Positions 11,601-27,337 of a stretch of 64,000 nucleotides of DNA are shown piece by piece. A program made the position numbers and the translations under genes. Origin of the DNA: the human T2T-CHM13v2.0 reference genome, Homo sapiens; NCBI RefSeq assembly GCF_009914755.1, contig NC_060944.1. The stretch is one strand, 5' to 3'. The stretch's first letter is position 1. Each line of letters begins with the position of its first letter. The notes under the pieces were generated by a model. The model had not been told where the DNA came from. It saw nothing but the letters and a program-made list of their open reading frames with translations, and did no database searches.

Positions 11601-14600
11601 AGGTTTGAAACACTCTTTTTGTACTATCTGGAAGTGGACATTTGGAGCGCTTTCAGGTCTACGGTGAAAAAGGAGATATCTTCCAATAAAAACTAGATAG
11701 AAGCAATGTCAGAACTCTTTTCATGATGTATCTACTCAGCAAACAGAGTTGAACCTTTCTTTTGAGAGAGCAGTTTTGAAACACTCTTTTTGTGGAATAT
11801 GCAAGTGGGTATTAGGCCAGCTTGGAGGATTTCGTTGGAAACGGGAATACGTATAAAAAGCAGACAGCAGCATTGTCAGAAACTACTTTGTGATGTTTGC
11901 ATTCAAGTCACAGAATTGAACACTCCCTTTCACAGAGCAGGTTTGAAACACTCTTTTTGTAGTGTCTGTAAGTGAACATTTGGATTGCTTTCAGGCCTAA
12001 GGTGAAAAAGGAAATATCTTCCCATAAAAACTAGACAGAAGCATTCTCAGAAACTTGTTTGTGATGTGTGCCCTCTACTGACAGAGTTGAACCTTTCTTT
12101 GCAAAGAGCAGTTTTGAAACACTCTTTTTGTAGAATCTGCAAGAGGATATTTGGATAGCTTTGAGGATTTCTTGGGAAACGGGAATGTCTTCAGATAAAC
12201 TCTAGACAGAAGCATTCTCAGAAACTTCTTTGGGATGTTTCAATTGAAGTCACAGTGTTGAACATTCCCTTTCACAGAGCAGGTTTGAAACACTCTTTTT
12301 GTAGTGTCTATAAGTGAACATTTGGCGTGCTTTCAGGCCTAACGTGAAAAAGGAAATATCTTCCCATAAAAACTAGACAGAAGCATTCTCAGAAACTTGT
12401 TCTTGATGTGTGCCCTCTACTGACAGAGTTGAACCTTTCTTTGCAAAGAGCAGCTTTGAAACACTCTTTTTGTAGAATCTGCAAGAGGATATTTGGATAG
12501 CTTGGAGGATTTCGTTGGAAACGGGTATGTCTTCAGATAAACTCTAGACAGAAGCATTCTCAGAAACTTCTTTGGGATGTTGCATTCAAGTCACAGAGTA
12601 GAACATTCCCATTCATAGAGCAGATTTGAAACACTCTTTTTGTAGTATCTGGAAGTGGACATTTGGAGCGCTTTCAGGCCTATGTTGAAAAAGGAAATAT
12701 CTTCCCATAAAAACTAGACGGAAGCATTCTCAGAAACTTATTTGTGATGTGTTTGCTCAACTAACAGGATTGAACCATCGTTTTGAAGGAGCAGTTTTGA
12801 AACACTGTTTTCGTGGAATCTGCAAGTGGATATTTGGCTAGCTTTGAGGATTTCGTTGGAAACGGGATTACATATAAAAAGGAGACAGCAGCATTCTCAG
12901 AAACTTCTTTGTGATGTCTGCATTCAATTCACAGAGTTGAGCATTCCCTTTCATAGAGCAGGTTGGAAACACTCTTTTTGTAGTATCTGGATGAGGACAT
13001 TTGGAGCGCTTTCAGGCGTATGGTGAAAAAGGAAATATCTTCCCGTAAAAACTAGACAGAAGCATTCTCAGAAGTTTATTTGTGATGTGTGCCCTCAACT
13101 AACAGAGTTGAACCTTTCTTTTGATAGAGCAGTTTTGAAACACTCTTTTTGTAAAATCTGCAAGAGGATATTTGGATAGCTTTGAGGATTTCGTTGCAAA
13201 CGGGAATGGCTTCATATAAACTCTAGACAGAAGCATTCTCAGAAACTTCGTTGGGATGTTTCGATTGAAGTCCCAGTGTTGAACATTCCCTTTTATAGAG
13301 CAGGTTGGAAACACTCTTTCTGCATTCCCTGGAAGTGGACATTTGGAGCGCTTTCAGGACGACGGTGAAAATGGAAATATCTTCCAAGAAAATCTAGATA
13401 GAAGCAACGTCAGAAACTTTTATGTGATGGATCTACTCAGCTAACAGAGTTGAACCTTTCTTTTGAGAGAGCAGTTTTGCAACACTCTTTTTGTGGAATA
13501 TGCAAGTGGATATTAGGGCAGCTTTGAGGATTTCGTTGGAAACGGGAATACATGTAAAAAGCAGACAGCAGCATTCTCAGAAACTTCTTTGTGATGTTTG
13601 CATTGAAGTCACAGAGTTGAACATTCCCTTTGAGAGAGCAGGTTTGAAACACGCCTTTTGTCATATCTGGAAGTGTCCATTCGGAGCGCATTCAGGCTTG
13701 TGTTGAAAAAGGAAATATCCTCCCATAAAAACTAGACAGAAGCATTCTCAGAAACTTATCTGTGATGTATGTACTCAACTAACAGAACTAAACCATCGTT
13801 TTGAAGGAGCAGTTTTGAAACACTCTTTTTGCGGAATATGCAAGTGGATATTTGGCTAGCTGGGAGGATTTCGTTGGAAACGGGATTACATACAAAAAGC
13901 AGAGAGCAGCATTCTCAGAAACTTCTTTGTGATGTTTGCATTCAAGTCACAGAGTTGAACATTCCCTTTCATAGAGCAGGTTTGAAACACTCTTTTTGTA
14001 GTATCTGGATGTGGACATTTGGATCGCTTTCAGGCCTATGGTGAAAAAGGAAATATCTTCCCATGAAAACTAGACAGAAGCATTCTCAGAAACTTATTTG
14101 TGATGTGTGCCCTCAACTGACAGTGTTGAACCTTTGTTTTGATAGAGCAGTTCTGAAACACACTTTTTGTAAAATCTGCAAGAGGATATTTGGATAGCTT
14201 TGAGGATTTCGTTGGAAACGGGAATGTCTTCATGTAAACTCTAGACAGAAGCATTCTCAGAAACTGCTTTGGGATGTTTCAATTGAAGTCCCAGTGTTGA
14301 ACATTCCCATTCATAGAGCAGGTTTGAAACACTCTTTTTGTACTATCTGGAAGTGGACATTTGGAGCGCTTTCAGGTCTACGGTGAAAAAGGAGATATCT
14401 TCCAATAAAAACTAGATAGAAGCAATGTCAGAACTCTTTTCATGATGTATCTACTCAGCAAACAGAGTTGAACCTTTCTTTTGAGAGAGCAGTTTTGAAA
14501 CACTCTTTTTGTGGAATATGCAAGTGGGTATTAGGCCAGCTTGGAGGATTTCGTTGGAAACGGGAATACGTATAAAAAGCAGACAGCAGCATTGTCAGAA

Positions 14601-17600
14601 ACTACTTTGTGATGTTTGCATTCAAGTCACAGAATTGAACACTCCCTTTCACAGAGCAGGTTTGAAACACTCTTTTTGTAGTGTCTGTAAGTGAACATTT
14701 GGATTGCTTTCAGGCCTAAGGTGAAAAAGGAAATATCTTCCCATAAAAACTAGACAGAAGCATTCTCAGAAACTTGTTTGTGATGTGTGCCCTCTACTGA
14801 CAGAGTTGAACCTTTCTTTGCAAAGAGCAGTTTTGAAACACTCTTTTTGTAGAATCTGCAAGAGGATATTTGGATAGCTTTGAGGATTTCTTGGGAAACG
14901 GGAATGTCTTCAGATAAACTCTAGACAGAAGCATTCTCAGAAACTTCTTTGGGATGTTTCAATTGAAGTCACAGTGTTGAACATTCCCTTTCACAGAGCA
15001 GGTTTGAAACACTCTTTTTGTAGTGTCTATAAGTGAACATTTGGCGTGCTTTCAGGCCTAACGTGAAAAAGGAAATATCTTCCCATAAAAACTAGACAGA
15101 AGCATTCTCAGAAACTTGTTCTTGATGTGTGCCCTCTACTGACAGAGTTGAACCTTTCTTTGCAAAGAGCAGCTTTGAAACACTCTTTTTGTAGAATCTG
15201 CAAGAGGATATTTGGATAGCTTGGAGGATTTCGTTGGAAACGGGTATGTCTTCAGATAAACTCTAGACAGAAGCATTCTCAGAAACTTCTTTGGGATGTT
15301 GCATTCAAGTCACAGAGTAGAACATTCCCATTCATAGAGCAGATTTGAAACACTCTTTTTGTAGTATCTGGAAGTGGACATTTGGAGCGCTTTCAGGCCT
15401 ATGTTGAAAAAGGAAATATCTTCCCATAAAAACTAGACGGAAGCATTCTCAGAAACTTATTTGTGATGTGTTTGCTCAACTAACAGGATTGAACCATCGT
15501 TTTGAAGGAGCAGTTTTGAAACACTGTTTTCGTGGAATCTGCAAGTGGATATTTGGCTAGCTTTGAGGATTTCGTTGGAAACGGGATTACATATAAAAAG
15601 GAGACAGCAGCATTCTCAGAAACTTCTTTGTGATGTCTGCATTCAATTCACAGAGTTGAGCATTCCCTTTCATAGAGCAGGTTGGAAACACTCTTTTTGT
15701 AGTATCTGGATGAGGACATTTGGAGCGCTTTCAGGCGTATGGTGAAAAAGGAAATATCTTCCCGTAAAAACTAGACAGAAGCATTCTCAGAAGTTTATTT
15801 GTGATGTGTGCCCTCAACTAACAGAGTTGAACCTTTCTTTTGATAGAGCAGTTTTGAAACACTCTTTTTGTAAAATCTGCAAGAGGATATTTGGATAGCT
15901 TTGAGGATTTCGTTGCAAACGGGAATGGCTTCATATAAACTCTAGACAGAAGCATTCTCAGAAACTTCGTTGGGATGTTTCGATTGAAGTCCCAGTGTTG
16001 AACATTCCCTTTTATAGAGCAGGTTGGAAACACTCTTTCTGCATTCCCTGGAAGTGGACATTTGGAGCGCTTTCAGGACGACGGTGAAAATGGAAATATC
16101 TTCCAAGAAAATCTAGATAGAAGCAACGTCAGAAACTTTTATGTGATGGATCTACTCAGCTAACAGAGTTGAACCTTTCTTTTGAGAGAGCAGTTTTGCA
16201 ACACTCTTTTTGTGGAATATGCAAGTGGATATTAGGGCAGCTTTGAGGATTTCGTTGGAAACGGGAATACATGTAAAAAGCAGACAGCAGCATTCTCAGA
16301 AACTTCTTTGTGATGTTTGCATTGAAGTCACAGAGTTGAACATTCCCTTTGAGAGAGCAGGTTTGAAACACGCCTTTTGTCATATCTGGAAGTGTCCATT
16401 CGGAGCGCATTCAGGCTTGTGTTGAAAAAGGAAATATCCTCCCATAAAAACTAGACAGAAGCATTCTCAGAAACTTATCTGTGATGTATGTACTCAACTA
16501 ACAGAACTAAACCATCGTTTTGAAGGAGCAGTTTTGAAACACTCTTTTTGCGGAATATGCAAGTGGATATTTGGCTAGCTGGGAGGATTTCGTTGGAAAC
16601 GGGATTACATACAAAAAGCAGAGAGCAGCATTCTCAGAAACTTCTTTGTGATGTTTGCATTCAAGTCACAGAGTTGAACATTCCCTTTCATAGAGCAGGT
16701 TTGAAACACTCTTTTTGTAGTATCTGGATGTGGACATTTGGATCGCTTTCAGGCCTATGGTGAAAAAGGAAATATCTTCCCATGAAAACTAGACAGAAGC
16801 ATTCTCAGAAACTTATTTGTGATGTGTGCCCTCAACTGACAGTGTTGAACCTTTGTTTTGATAGAGCAGTTCTGAAACACACTTTTTGTAAAATCTGCAA
16901 GAGGATATTTGGATAGCTTTGAGGATTTCGTTGGAAACGGGAATGTCTTCATGTAAACTCTAGACAGAAGCATTCTCAGAAACTGCTTTGGGATGTTTCA
17001 ATTGAAGTCCCAGTGTTGAACATTCCCATTCATAGAGCAGGTTTGAAACACTCTTTTTGTACTATCTGGAAGTGGACATTTGGAGCGCTTTCAGGTCTAC
17101 GGTGAAAAAGGAGATATCTTCCAATAAAAACTAGATAGAAGCAATGTCAGAACTCTTTTCATGATGTATCTACTCAGCAAACAGAGTTGAACCTTTCTTT
17201 TGAGAGAGCAGTTTTGAAACACTCTTTTTGTGGAATATGCAAGTGGGTATTAGGCCAGCTTGGAGGATTTCGTTGGAAACGGGAATACGTATAAAAAGCA
17301 GACAGCAGCATTGTCAGAAACTACTTTGTGATGTTTGCATTCAAGTCACAGAATTGAACACTCCCTTTCACAGAGCAGGTTTGAAACACTCTTTTTGTAG
17401 TGTCTGTAAGTGAACATTTGGATTGCTTTCAGGCCTAAGGTGAAAAAGGAAATATCTTCCCATAAAAACTAGACAGAAGCATTCTCAGAAACTTGTTTGT
17501 GATGTGTGCCCTCTACTGACAGAGTTGAACCTTTCTTTGCAAAGAGCAGTTTTGAAACACTCTTTTTGTAGAATCTGCAAGAGGATATTTGGATAGCTTT

Positions 17601-20600
17601 GAGGATTTCTTGGGAAACGGGAATGTCTTCAGATAAACTCTAGACAGAAGCATTCTCAGAAACTTCTTTGGGATGTTTCAATTGAAGTCACAGTGTTGAA
17701 CATTCCCTTTCACAGAGCAGGTTTGAAACACTCTTTTTGTAGTGTCTATAAGTGAACATTTGGCGTGCTTTCAGGCCTAACGTGAAAAAGGAAATATCTT
17801 CCCATAAAAACTAGACAGAAGCATTCTCAGAAACTTGTTCTTGATGTGTGCCCTCTACTGACAGAGTTGAACCTTTCTTTGCAAAGAGCAGCTTTGAAAC
17901 ACTCTTTTTGTAGAATCTGCAAGAGGATATTTGGATAGCTTGGAGGATTTCGTTGGAAACGGGTATGTCTTCAGATAAACTCTAGACAGAAGCATTCTCA
18001 GAAACTTCTTTGGGATGTTGCATTCAAGTCACAGAGTAGAACATTCCCATTCATAGAGCAGATTTGAAACACTCTTTTTGTAGTATCTGGAAGTGGACAT
18101 TTGGAGCGCTTTCAGGCCTATGTTGAAAAAGGAAATATCTTCCCATAAAAACTAGACGGAAGCATTCTCAGAAACTTATTTGTGATGTGTTTGCTCAACT
18201 AACAGGATTGAACCATCGTTTTGAAGGAGCAGTTTTGAAACACTGTTTTCGTGGAATCTGCAAGTGGATATTTGGCTAGCTTTGAGGATTTCGTTGGAAA
18301 CGGGATTACATATAAAAAGGAGACAGCAGCATTCTCAGAAACTTCTTTGTGATGTCTGCATTCAATTCACAGAGTTGAGCATTCCCTTTCATAGAGCAGG
18401 TTGGAAACACTCTTTTTGTAGTATCTGGATGAGGACATTTGGAGCGCTTTCAGGCGTATGGTGAAAAAGGAAATATCTTCCCGTAAAAACTAGACAGAAG
18501 CATTCTCAGAAGTTTATTTGTGATGTGTGCCCTCAACTAACAGAGTTGAACCTTTCTTTTGATAGAGCAGTTTTGAAACACTCTTTTTGTAAAATCTGCA
18601 AGAGGATATTTGGATAGCTTTGAGGATTTCGTTGCAAACGGGAATGGCTTCATATAAACTCTAGACAGAAGCATTCTCAGAAACTTCGTTGGGATGTTTC
18701 GATTGAAGTCCCAGTGTTGAACATTCCCTTTTATAGAGCAGGTTGGAAACACTCTTTCTGCATTCCCTGGAAGTGGACATTTGGAGCGCTTTCAGGACGA
18801 CGGTGAAAATGGAAATATCTTCCAAGAAAATCTAGATAGAAGCAACGTCAGAAACTTTTATGTGATGGATCTACTCAGCTAACAGAGTTGAACCTTTCTT
18901 TTGAGAGAGCAGTTTTGCAACACTCTTTTTGTGGAATATGCAAGTGGATATTAGGGCAGCTTTGAGGATTTCGTTGGAAACGGGAATACATGTAAAAAGC
19001 AGACAGCAGCATTCTCAGAAACTTCTTTGTGATGTTTGCATTGAAGTCACAGAGTTGAACATTCCCTTTGAGAGAGCAGGTTTGAAACACGCCTTTTGTC
19101 ATATCTGGAAGTGTCCATTCGGAGCGCATTCAGGCTTGTGTTGAAAAAGGAAATATCCTCCCATAAAAACTAGACAGAAGCATTCTCAGAAACTTATCTG
19201 TGATGTATGTACTCAACTAACAGAACTAAACCATCGTTTTGAAGGAGCAGTTTTGAAACACTCTTTTTGCGGAATCTGCAAGTGGATATTTGGCTAGCTG
19301 GGAGGATTTCGTTGGAAACGGGATTACATACAAAAAGCAGAGAGCAGCATTCTCAGAAACTTCTTTGTGATGTTTGCATTCAAGTCACAGAGTTGAACAT
19401 TCCCTTTCATAGAGCAGGTTTGAAACACTCTTTTTGTAGTATCTGGATGTGGACATTTGGATCGCTTTCAGGCCTATGGTGAAAAAGGAAATATCTTCCC
19501 ATGAAAACTAGACAGAAGCATTCTCAGAAACTTATTTGTGATGTGTGCCCTCAACTGACAGTGTTGAACCTTTGTTTTGATAGAGCAGTTCTGAAACACA
19601 CTTTTTGTAAAATCTGCAAGAGGATATTTGGATAGCTTTGAGGATTTCGTTGGAAACGGGAATGTCTTCATGTAAACTCTAGACAGAAGCATTCTCAGAA
19701 ACTGCTTTGGGATGTTTCAATTGAAGTCCCAGTGTTGAACATTCCCATTCATAGAGCAGGTTTGAAACACTCTTTTTGTACTATCTGGAAGTGGACATTT
19801 GGAGCGCTTTCAGGTCTACGGTGAAAAAGGAGATATCTTCCAATAAAAACTAGATAGAAGCAATGTCAGAACTCTTTTCATGATGTATCTACTCAGCAAA
19901 CAGAGTTGAACCTTTCTTTTGAGAGAGCAGTTTTGAAACACTCTTTTTGTGGAATATGCAAGTGGGTATTAGGCCAGCTTGGAGGATTTCGTTGGAAACG
20001 GGAATACGTATAAAAAGCAGACAGCAGCATTGTCAGAAACTACTTTGTGATGTTTGCATTCAAGTCACAGAATTGAACACTCCCTTTCACAGAGCAGGTT
20101 TGAAACACTCTTTTTGTAGTGTCTGTAAGTGAACATTTGGATTGCTTTCAGGCCTAAGGTGAAAAAGGAAATATCTTCCCATAAAAACTAGACAGAAGCA
20201 TTCTCAGAAACTTGTTTGTGATGTGTGCCCTCTACTGACAGAGTTGAACCTTTCTTTGCAAAGAGCAGTTTTGAAACACTCTTTTTGTAGAATCTGCAAG
20301 AGGATATTTGGATAGCTTTGAGGATTTCTTGGGAAACGGGAATGTCTTCAGATAAACTCTAGACAGAAGCATTCTCAGAAACTTCTTTGGGATGTTTCAA
20401 TTGAAGTCACAGTGTTGAACATTCCCTTTCACAGAGCAGGTTTGAAACACTCTTTTTGTAGTGTCTATAAGTGAACATTTGGCGTGCTTTCAGGCCTAAC
20501 GTGAAAAAGGAAATATCTTCCCATAAAAACTAGACAGAAGCATTCTCAGAAACTTGTTCTTGATGTGTCCCCTCTACTGACAGAGTTGAACCTTTCTTTG

Positions 20601-23600
20601 CAAAGAGCAGCTTTGAAACACTCTTTTTGTAGAATCTGCAAGAGGATATTTGGATAGCTTGGAGGATTTCGTTGGAAACGGGTATGTCTTCAGATAAACT
20701 CTAGACAGAAGCATTCTCAGAAACTTCTTTGGGATGTTGCATTCAAGTCACAGAGTAGAACATTCCCATTCATAGAGCAGATTTGAAACACTCTTTTTGT
20801 AGTATCTGGAAGTGGACATTTGGAGCGCTTTCAGGCCTATGTTGAAAAAGGAAATATCTTCCCATAAAAACTAGACGGAAGCATTCTCAGAAACTTATTT
20901 GTGATGTGTTTGCTCAACTAACAGGATTGAACCATCGTTTTGAAGGAGCAGTTTTGAAACACTGTTTTCGTGGAATCTGCAAGTGGATATTTGGCTAGCT
21001 TTGAGGATTTCGTTGGAAACGGGATTACATATAAAAAGGAGACAGCAGCATTCTCAGAAACTTCTTTGTGATGTCTGCATTCAATTCACAGAGTTGAGCA
21101 TTCCCTTTCATAGAGCAGGTTGGAAACACTCTTTTTGTAGTATCTGGATGAGGACATTTGGAGCGCTTTCAGGCGTATGGTGAAAAAGGAAATATCTTCC
21201 CGTAAAAACTAGACAGAAGCATTCTCAGAAGTTTATTTGTGATGTGTGCCCTCAACTAACAGAGTTGAACCTTTCTTTTGATAGAGCAGTTTTGAAACAC
21301 TCTTTTTGTAAAATCTGCAAGAGGATATTTGGATAGCTTTGAGGATTTCGTTGCAAACGGGAATGGCTTCATATAAACTCTAGACAGAAGCATTCTCAGA
21401 AACTTCGTTGGGATGTTTCGATTGAAGTCCCAGTGTTGAACATTCCCTTTTATAGAGCAGGTTGGAAACACTCTTTCTGCATTCCCTGGAAGTGGACATT
21501 TGGAGCGCTTTCAGGACGACGGTGAAAATGGAAATATCTTCCAAGAAAATCTAGATAGAAGCAATGTCAGAAACTTTTATGTGATGGATCTACTCAGCTA
21601 ACAGAGTTGAACCTTTCTTTTGAGAGAGCAGTTTTGCAACACTCTTTTTGTGGAATATGCAAGTGGATATTAGGGCAGCTTTGAGGATTTCGTTGGAAAC
21701 GGGAATACATGTAAAAAGCAGACAGCAGCATTCTCAGAAACTTCTTTGTGATGTTTGCATTGAAGTCACAGAGTTGAACATTCCCTTTGAGAGAGCAGGT
21801 TTGAAACACGCCTTTTGTCATATCTGGAAGTGTCCATTCGGAGCGCATTCAGGCTTGTGTTGAAAAAGGAAATATCCTCCCATAAAAACTAGACAGAAGC
21901 ATTCTCAGAAACTTATCTGTGATGTATGTACTCAACTAACAGAACTAAACCATCGTTTTGAAGGAGCAGTTTTGAAACACTCTTTTTGCGGAATCTGCAA
22001 GTGGATATTTGGCTAGCTGGGAGGATTTCGTTGGAAACGGGATTACATACAAAAAGCAGAGAGCAGCATTCTCAGAAACTTCTTTGTGATGTTTGCATTC
22101 AAGTCACAGAGTTGAACATTCCCTTTCATAGAGCAGGTTTGAAACACTCTTTTTGTAGTATCTGGATGTGGACATTTGGATCGCTTTCAGGCCTATGGTG
22201 AAAAAGGAAATATCTTCCCATGAAAACTAGACAGAAGCATTCTCAGAAACTTATTTGTGATGTGTGCCCTCAACTGACAGTGTTGAACCTTTGTTTTGAT
22301 AGAGCAGTTCTGAAACACACTTTTTGTAAAATCTGCAAGAGGATATTTGGATAGCTTTGAGGATTTCGTTGGAAACGGGAATGTCTTCATGTAAACTCTA
22401 GACAGAAGCATTCTCAGAAACTGCTTTGGGATGTTTCAATTGAAGTCCCAGTGTTGAACATTCCCATTCATAGAGCAGGTTTGAAACACTCTTTTTGTAC
22501 TATCTGGAAGTGGACATTTGGAGCGCTTTCAGGTCTACGGTGAAAAAGGAGATATCTTCCAATAAAAACTAGATAGAAGCAATGTCAGAACTTTTTTCAT
22601 GATGTATCTACTCAGCAAACAGAGTTGAACCTTTCTTTTGAGAGAGCAGTTTTGAAACACTCTTTTTGTGGAATATGCAAGTGGGTATTAGGCCAGCTTG
22701 GAGGATTTCGTTGGAAACGGGAATACGTATAAAAAGCAGACAGCAGCATTGTCAGAAACTACTTTGTGATGTTTGCATTCAAGTCACAGAATTGAACACT
22801 CCCTTTCACAGAGCAGGTTTGAAACACTCTTTTTGTAGTGTCTGTAAGTGAACATTTGGATTGCTTTCAGGCCTAAGGTGAAAAAGGAAATATCTTCCCA
22901 TAAAAACTAGACAGAAGCATTCTCAGAAACTTGTTTGTGATGTGTGCCCTCTACTGACAGAGTTGAACCTTTCTTTGCAAAGAGCAGTTTTGAAACACTC
23001 TTTTTGTAGAATCTGCAAGAGGATATTTGGATAGCTTTGAGGATTTCTTGGGAAACGGGAATGTCTTCAGATAAACTCTAGACAGAAGCATTCTCAGAAA
23101 CTTCTTTGGGATGTTTCAATTGAAGTCACAGTGTTGAACATTCCCTTTCACAGAGCAGGTTTGAAACACTCTTTTTGTAGTGTCTATAAGTGAACATTTG
23201 GCGTGCTTTCAGGCCTAACGTGAAAAAGGAAATATCTTCCCATAAAAACTAGACAGAAGCATTCTCAGAAACTTGTTCTTGATGTGTGCCCTCTACTGAC
23301 AGAGTTGAACCTTTCTTTGCAAAGAGCAGCTTTGAAACACTCTTTTTGTAGAATCTGCAAGAGGATATTTGGATAGCTTGGAGGATTTCGTTGGAAACGG
23401 GTATGTCTTCAGATAAACTCTAGACAGAAGCATTCTCAGAAACTTCTTTGGGATGTTGCATTCAAGTCACAGAGTAGAACATTCCCATTCATAGAGCAGA
23501 TTTGAAACACTCTTTTTGTAGTATCTGGAAGTGGACATTTGGAGCGCTTTCAGGCCTATGTTGAAAAAGGAAATATCTTCCCATAAAAACTAGACGGAAG

Positions 23601-26600
23601 CATTCTCAGAAACTTATTTGTGATGTGTTTGCTCAACTAACAGGATTGAACCATCGTTTTGAAGGAGCAGTTTTGAAACACTGTTTTCGTGGAATCTGCA
23701 AGTGGATATTTGGCTAGCTTTGAGGATTTCGTTGGAAACGGGATTACATATAAAAAGGAGACAGCAGCATTCTCAGAAACTTCTTTGTGATGTCTGCATT
23801 CAATTCACAGAGTTGAGCATTCCCTTTCATAGAGCAGGTTGGAAACACTCTTTTTGTAGTATCTGGATGAGGACATTTGGAGCGCTTTCAGGCGTATGGT
23901 GAAAAAGGAAATATCTTCCCGTAAAAACTAGACAGAAGCATTCTCAGAAGTTTATTTGTGATGTGTGCCCTCAACTAACAGAGTTGAACCTTTCTTTTGA
24001 TAGAGCAGTTTTGAAACACTCTTTTTGTAAAATCTGCAAGAGGATATTTGGATAGCTTTGAGGATTTCGTTGCAAACGGGAATGGCTTCATATAAACTCT
24101 AGACAGAAGCATTCTCAGAAACTTCGTTGGGATGTTTCGATTGAAGTCCCAGTGTTGAACATTCCCTTTTATAGAGCAGGTTGGAAACACTCTTTCTGCA
24201 TTCCCTGGAAGTGGACATTTGGAGCGCTTTCAGGACGACGGTGAAAATGGAAATATCTTCCAAGAAAATCTAGATAGAAGCAACGTCAGAAACTTTTATG
24301 TGATGGATCTACTCAGCTAACAGAGTTGAACCTTTCTTTTGAGAGAGCAGTTTTGCAACACTCTTTTTGTGGAATATGCAAGTGGATATTAGGGCAGCTT
24401 TGAGGATTTCGTTGGAAACGGGAATACATGTAAAAAGCAGACAGCAGCATTCTCAGAAACTTCTTTGTGATGTTTGCATTGAAGTCACAGAGTTGAACAT
24501 TCCCTTTGAGAGAGCAGGTTTGAAACACGCCTTTTGTCATATCTGGAAGTGTCCATTCGGAGCGCATTCAGGCTTGTGTTGAAAAAGGAAATATCCTCCC
24601 ATAAAAACTAGACAGAAGCATTCTCAGAAACTTATCTGTGATGTATGTACTCAACTAACAGAACTAAACCATCGTTTTGAAGGAGCAGTTTTGAAACACT
24701 CTTTTTGCGGAATCTGCAAGTGGATATTTGGCTAGCTGGGAGGATTTCGTTGGAAACGGGATTACATACAAAAAGCAGACAGCAGCATTCTCAGAAACTT
24801 CTTTGTGATGTTTGCATTCAAGTCACAGAGTTGAACATTCCCTTTCATAGAGCAGGTTTGAAACACTCTTTTTGTAGTATCTGGATGTGGACATTTGGAT
24901 CGCTTTCAGGCCTATGGTGAAAAAGGAAATATCTTCCCATGAAAACTAGACAGAAGCATTCTCAGAAACTTATTTGTGATGTGTGCCCTCAACTGACAGT
25001 GTTGAACCTTTGTTTTGATAGAGCAGTTCTGAAACACACTTTTTGTAAAATCTGCAAGAGGATATTTGGATAGCTTTGAGGATTTCGTTGGAAACGGGAA
25101 TGTCTTCATGTAAACTCTAGACAGAAGCATTCTCAGAAACTGCTTTGGGATGTTTCAATTGAAGTCCCAGTGTTGAACATTCCCATTCATAGAGCAGGTT
25201 TGAAACACTCTTTTTGTACTATCTGGAAGTGGACATTTGGAGCGCTTTCAGGTCTACGGTGAAAAAGGAGATATCTTCCAATAAAAACTAGATAGAAGCA
25301 ATGTCAGAACTCTTTTCATGATGTATCTACTCAGCAAACAGAGTTGAACCTTTCTTTTGAGAGAGCAGTTTTGAAACACTCTTTTTGTGGAATATGCAAG
25401 TGGGTATTAGGCCAGCTTGGAGGATTTCGTTGGAAACGGGAATACGTATAAAAAGCAGACAGCAGCATTGTCAGAAACTACTTTGTGATGTTTGCATTCA
25501 AGTCACAGAATTGAACACTCCCTTTCACAGAGCAGGTTTGAAACACTCTTTTTGTAGTGTCTGTAAGTGAACATTTGGATTGCTTTCAGGCCTAAGGTGA
25601 AAAAGGAAATATCTTCCCATAAAAACTAGACAGAAGCATTCTCAGAAACTTGTTTGTGATGTGTGCCCTCTACTGACAGAGTTGAACCTTTCTTTGCAAA
25701 GAGCAGTTTTGAAACACTCTTTTTGTAGAATCTGCAAGAGGATATTTGGATAGCTTTGAGGATTTCTTGGGAAACGGGAATGTCTTCAGATAAACTCTAG
25801 ACAGAAGCATTCTCAGAAACTTCTTTGGGATGTTTCAATTGAAGTCACAGTGTTGAACATTCCCTTTCACAGAGCAGGTTTGAAACACTCTTTTTGTAGT
25901 GTCTATAAGTGAACATTTGGCGTGCTTTCAGGCCTAACGTGAAAAAGGAAATATCTTCCCATAAAAACTAGACAGAAGCATTCTCAGAAACTTGTTCTTG
26001 ATGTGTGCCCTCTACTGACAGAGTTGAACCTTTCTTTGCAAAGAGCAGCTTTGAAACACTCTTTTTGTAGAATCTGCAAGAGGATATTTGGATAGCTTGG
26101 AGGATTTCGTTGGAAACGGGTATGTCTTCAGATAAACTCTAGACAGAAGCATTCTCAGAAACTTCTTTGGGATGTTGCATTCAAGTCACAGAGTAGAACA
26201 TTCCCATTCATAGAGCAGATTTGAAACACTCTTTTTGTAGTATCTGGAAGTGGACATTTGGAGCGCTTTCAGGCCTATGTTGAAAAAGGAAATATCTTCC
26301 CATAAAAACTAGACGGAAGCATTCTCAGAAACTTATTTGTGATGTGTTTGCTCAACTAACAGGATTGAACCATCGTTTTGAAGGAGCAGTTTTGAAACAC
26401 TGTTTTCGTGGAATCTGCAAGTGGATATTTGGCTAGCTTTGAGGATTTCGTTGGAAACGGGATTACATATAAAAAGGAGACAGCAGCATTCTCAGAAACT
26501 TCTTTGTGATGTCTGCATTCAATTCACAGAGTTGAGCATTCCCTTTCATAGAGCAGGTTGGAAACACTCTTTTTGTAGTATCTGGATGAGGACATTTGGA

Positions 26601-27337
26601 GCGCTTTCAGGCGTATGGTGAAAAAGGAAATATCTTCCCGTAAAAACTAGACAGAAGCATTCTCAGAAGTTTATTTGTGATGTGTGCCCTCAACTAACAG
26701 AGTTGAACCTTTCTTTTGATAGAGCAGTTTTGAAACACTCTTTTTGTAAAATCTGCAAGAGGATATTTGGATAGCTTTGAGGATTTCGTTGCAAACGGGA
26801 ATGGCTTCATATAAACTCTAGACAGAAGCATTCTCAGAAACTTCGTTGGGATGTTTCGATTGAAGTCCCAGTGTTGAACATTCCCTTTTATAGAGCAGGT
26901 TGGAAACACTCTTTCTGCATTCCCTGGAAGTGGACATTTGGAGCGCTTTCAGGACGACGGTGAAAATGGAAATATCTTCCAAGAAAATCTAGATAGAAGC
27001 AATGTCAGAAACTTTTATGTGATGGATCTACTCAGCTAACAGAGTTGAACCTTTCTTTTGAGAGAGCAGTTTTGCAACACTCTTTTTGTGGAATATGCAA
27101 GTGGATATTAGGGCAGCTTTGAGGATTTCGTTGGAAACGGGAATACATGTAAAAAGCAGACAGCAGCATTCTCAGAAACTTCTTTGTGATGTTTGCATTG
27201 AAGTCACAGAGTTGAACATTCCCTTTGAGAGAGCAGGTTTGAAACACGCCTTTTGTCATATCTGGAAGTGTCCATTCGGAGCGCATTCAGGCTTGTGTTG
27301 AAAAAGGAAATATCCTCCCATAAAAACTAGACAGAAG

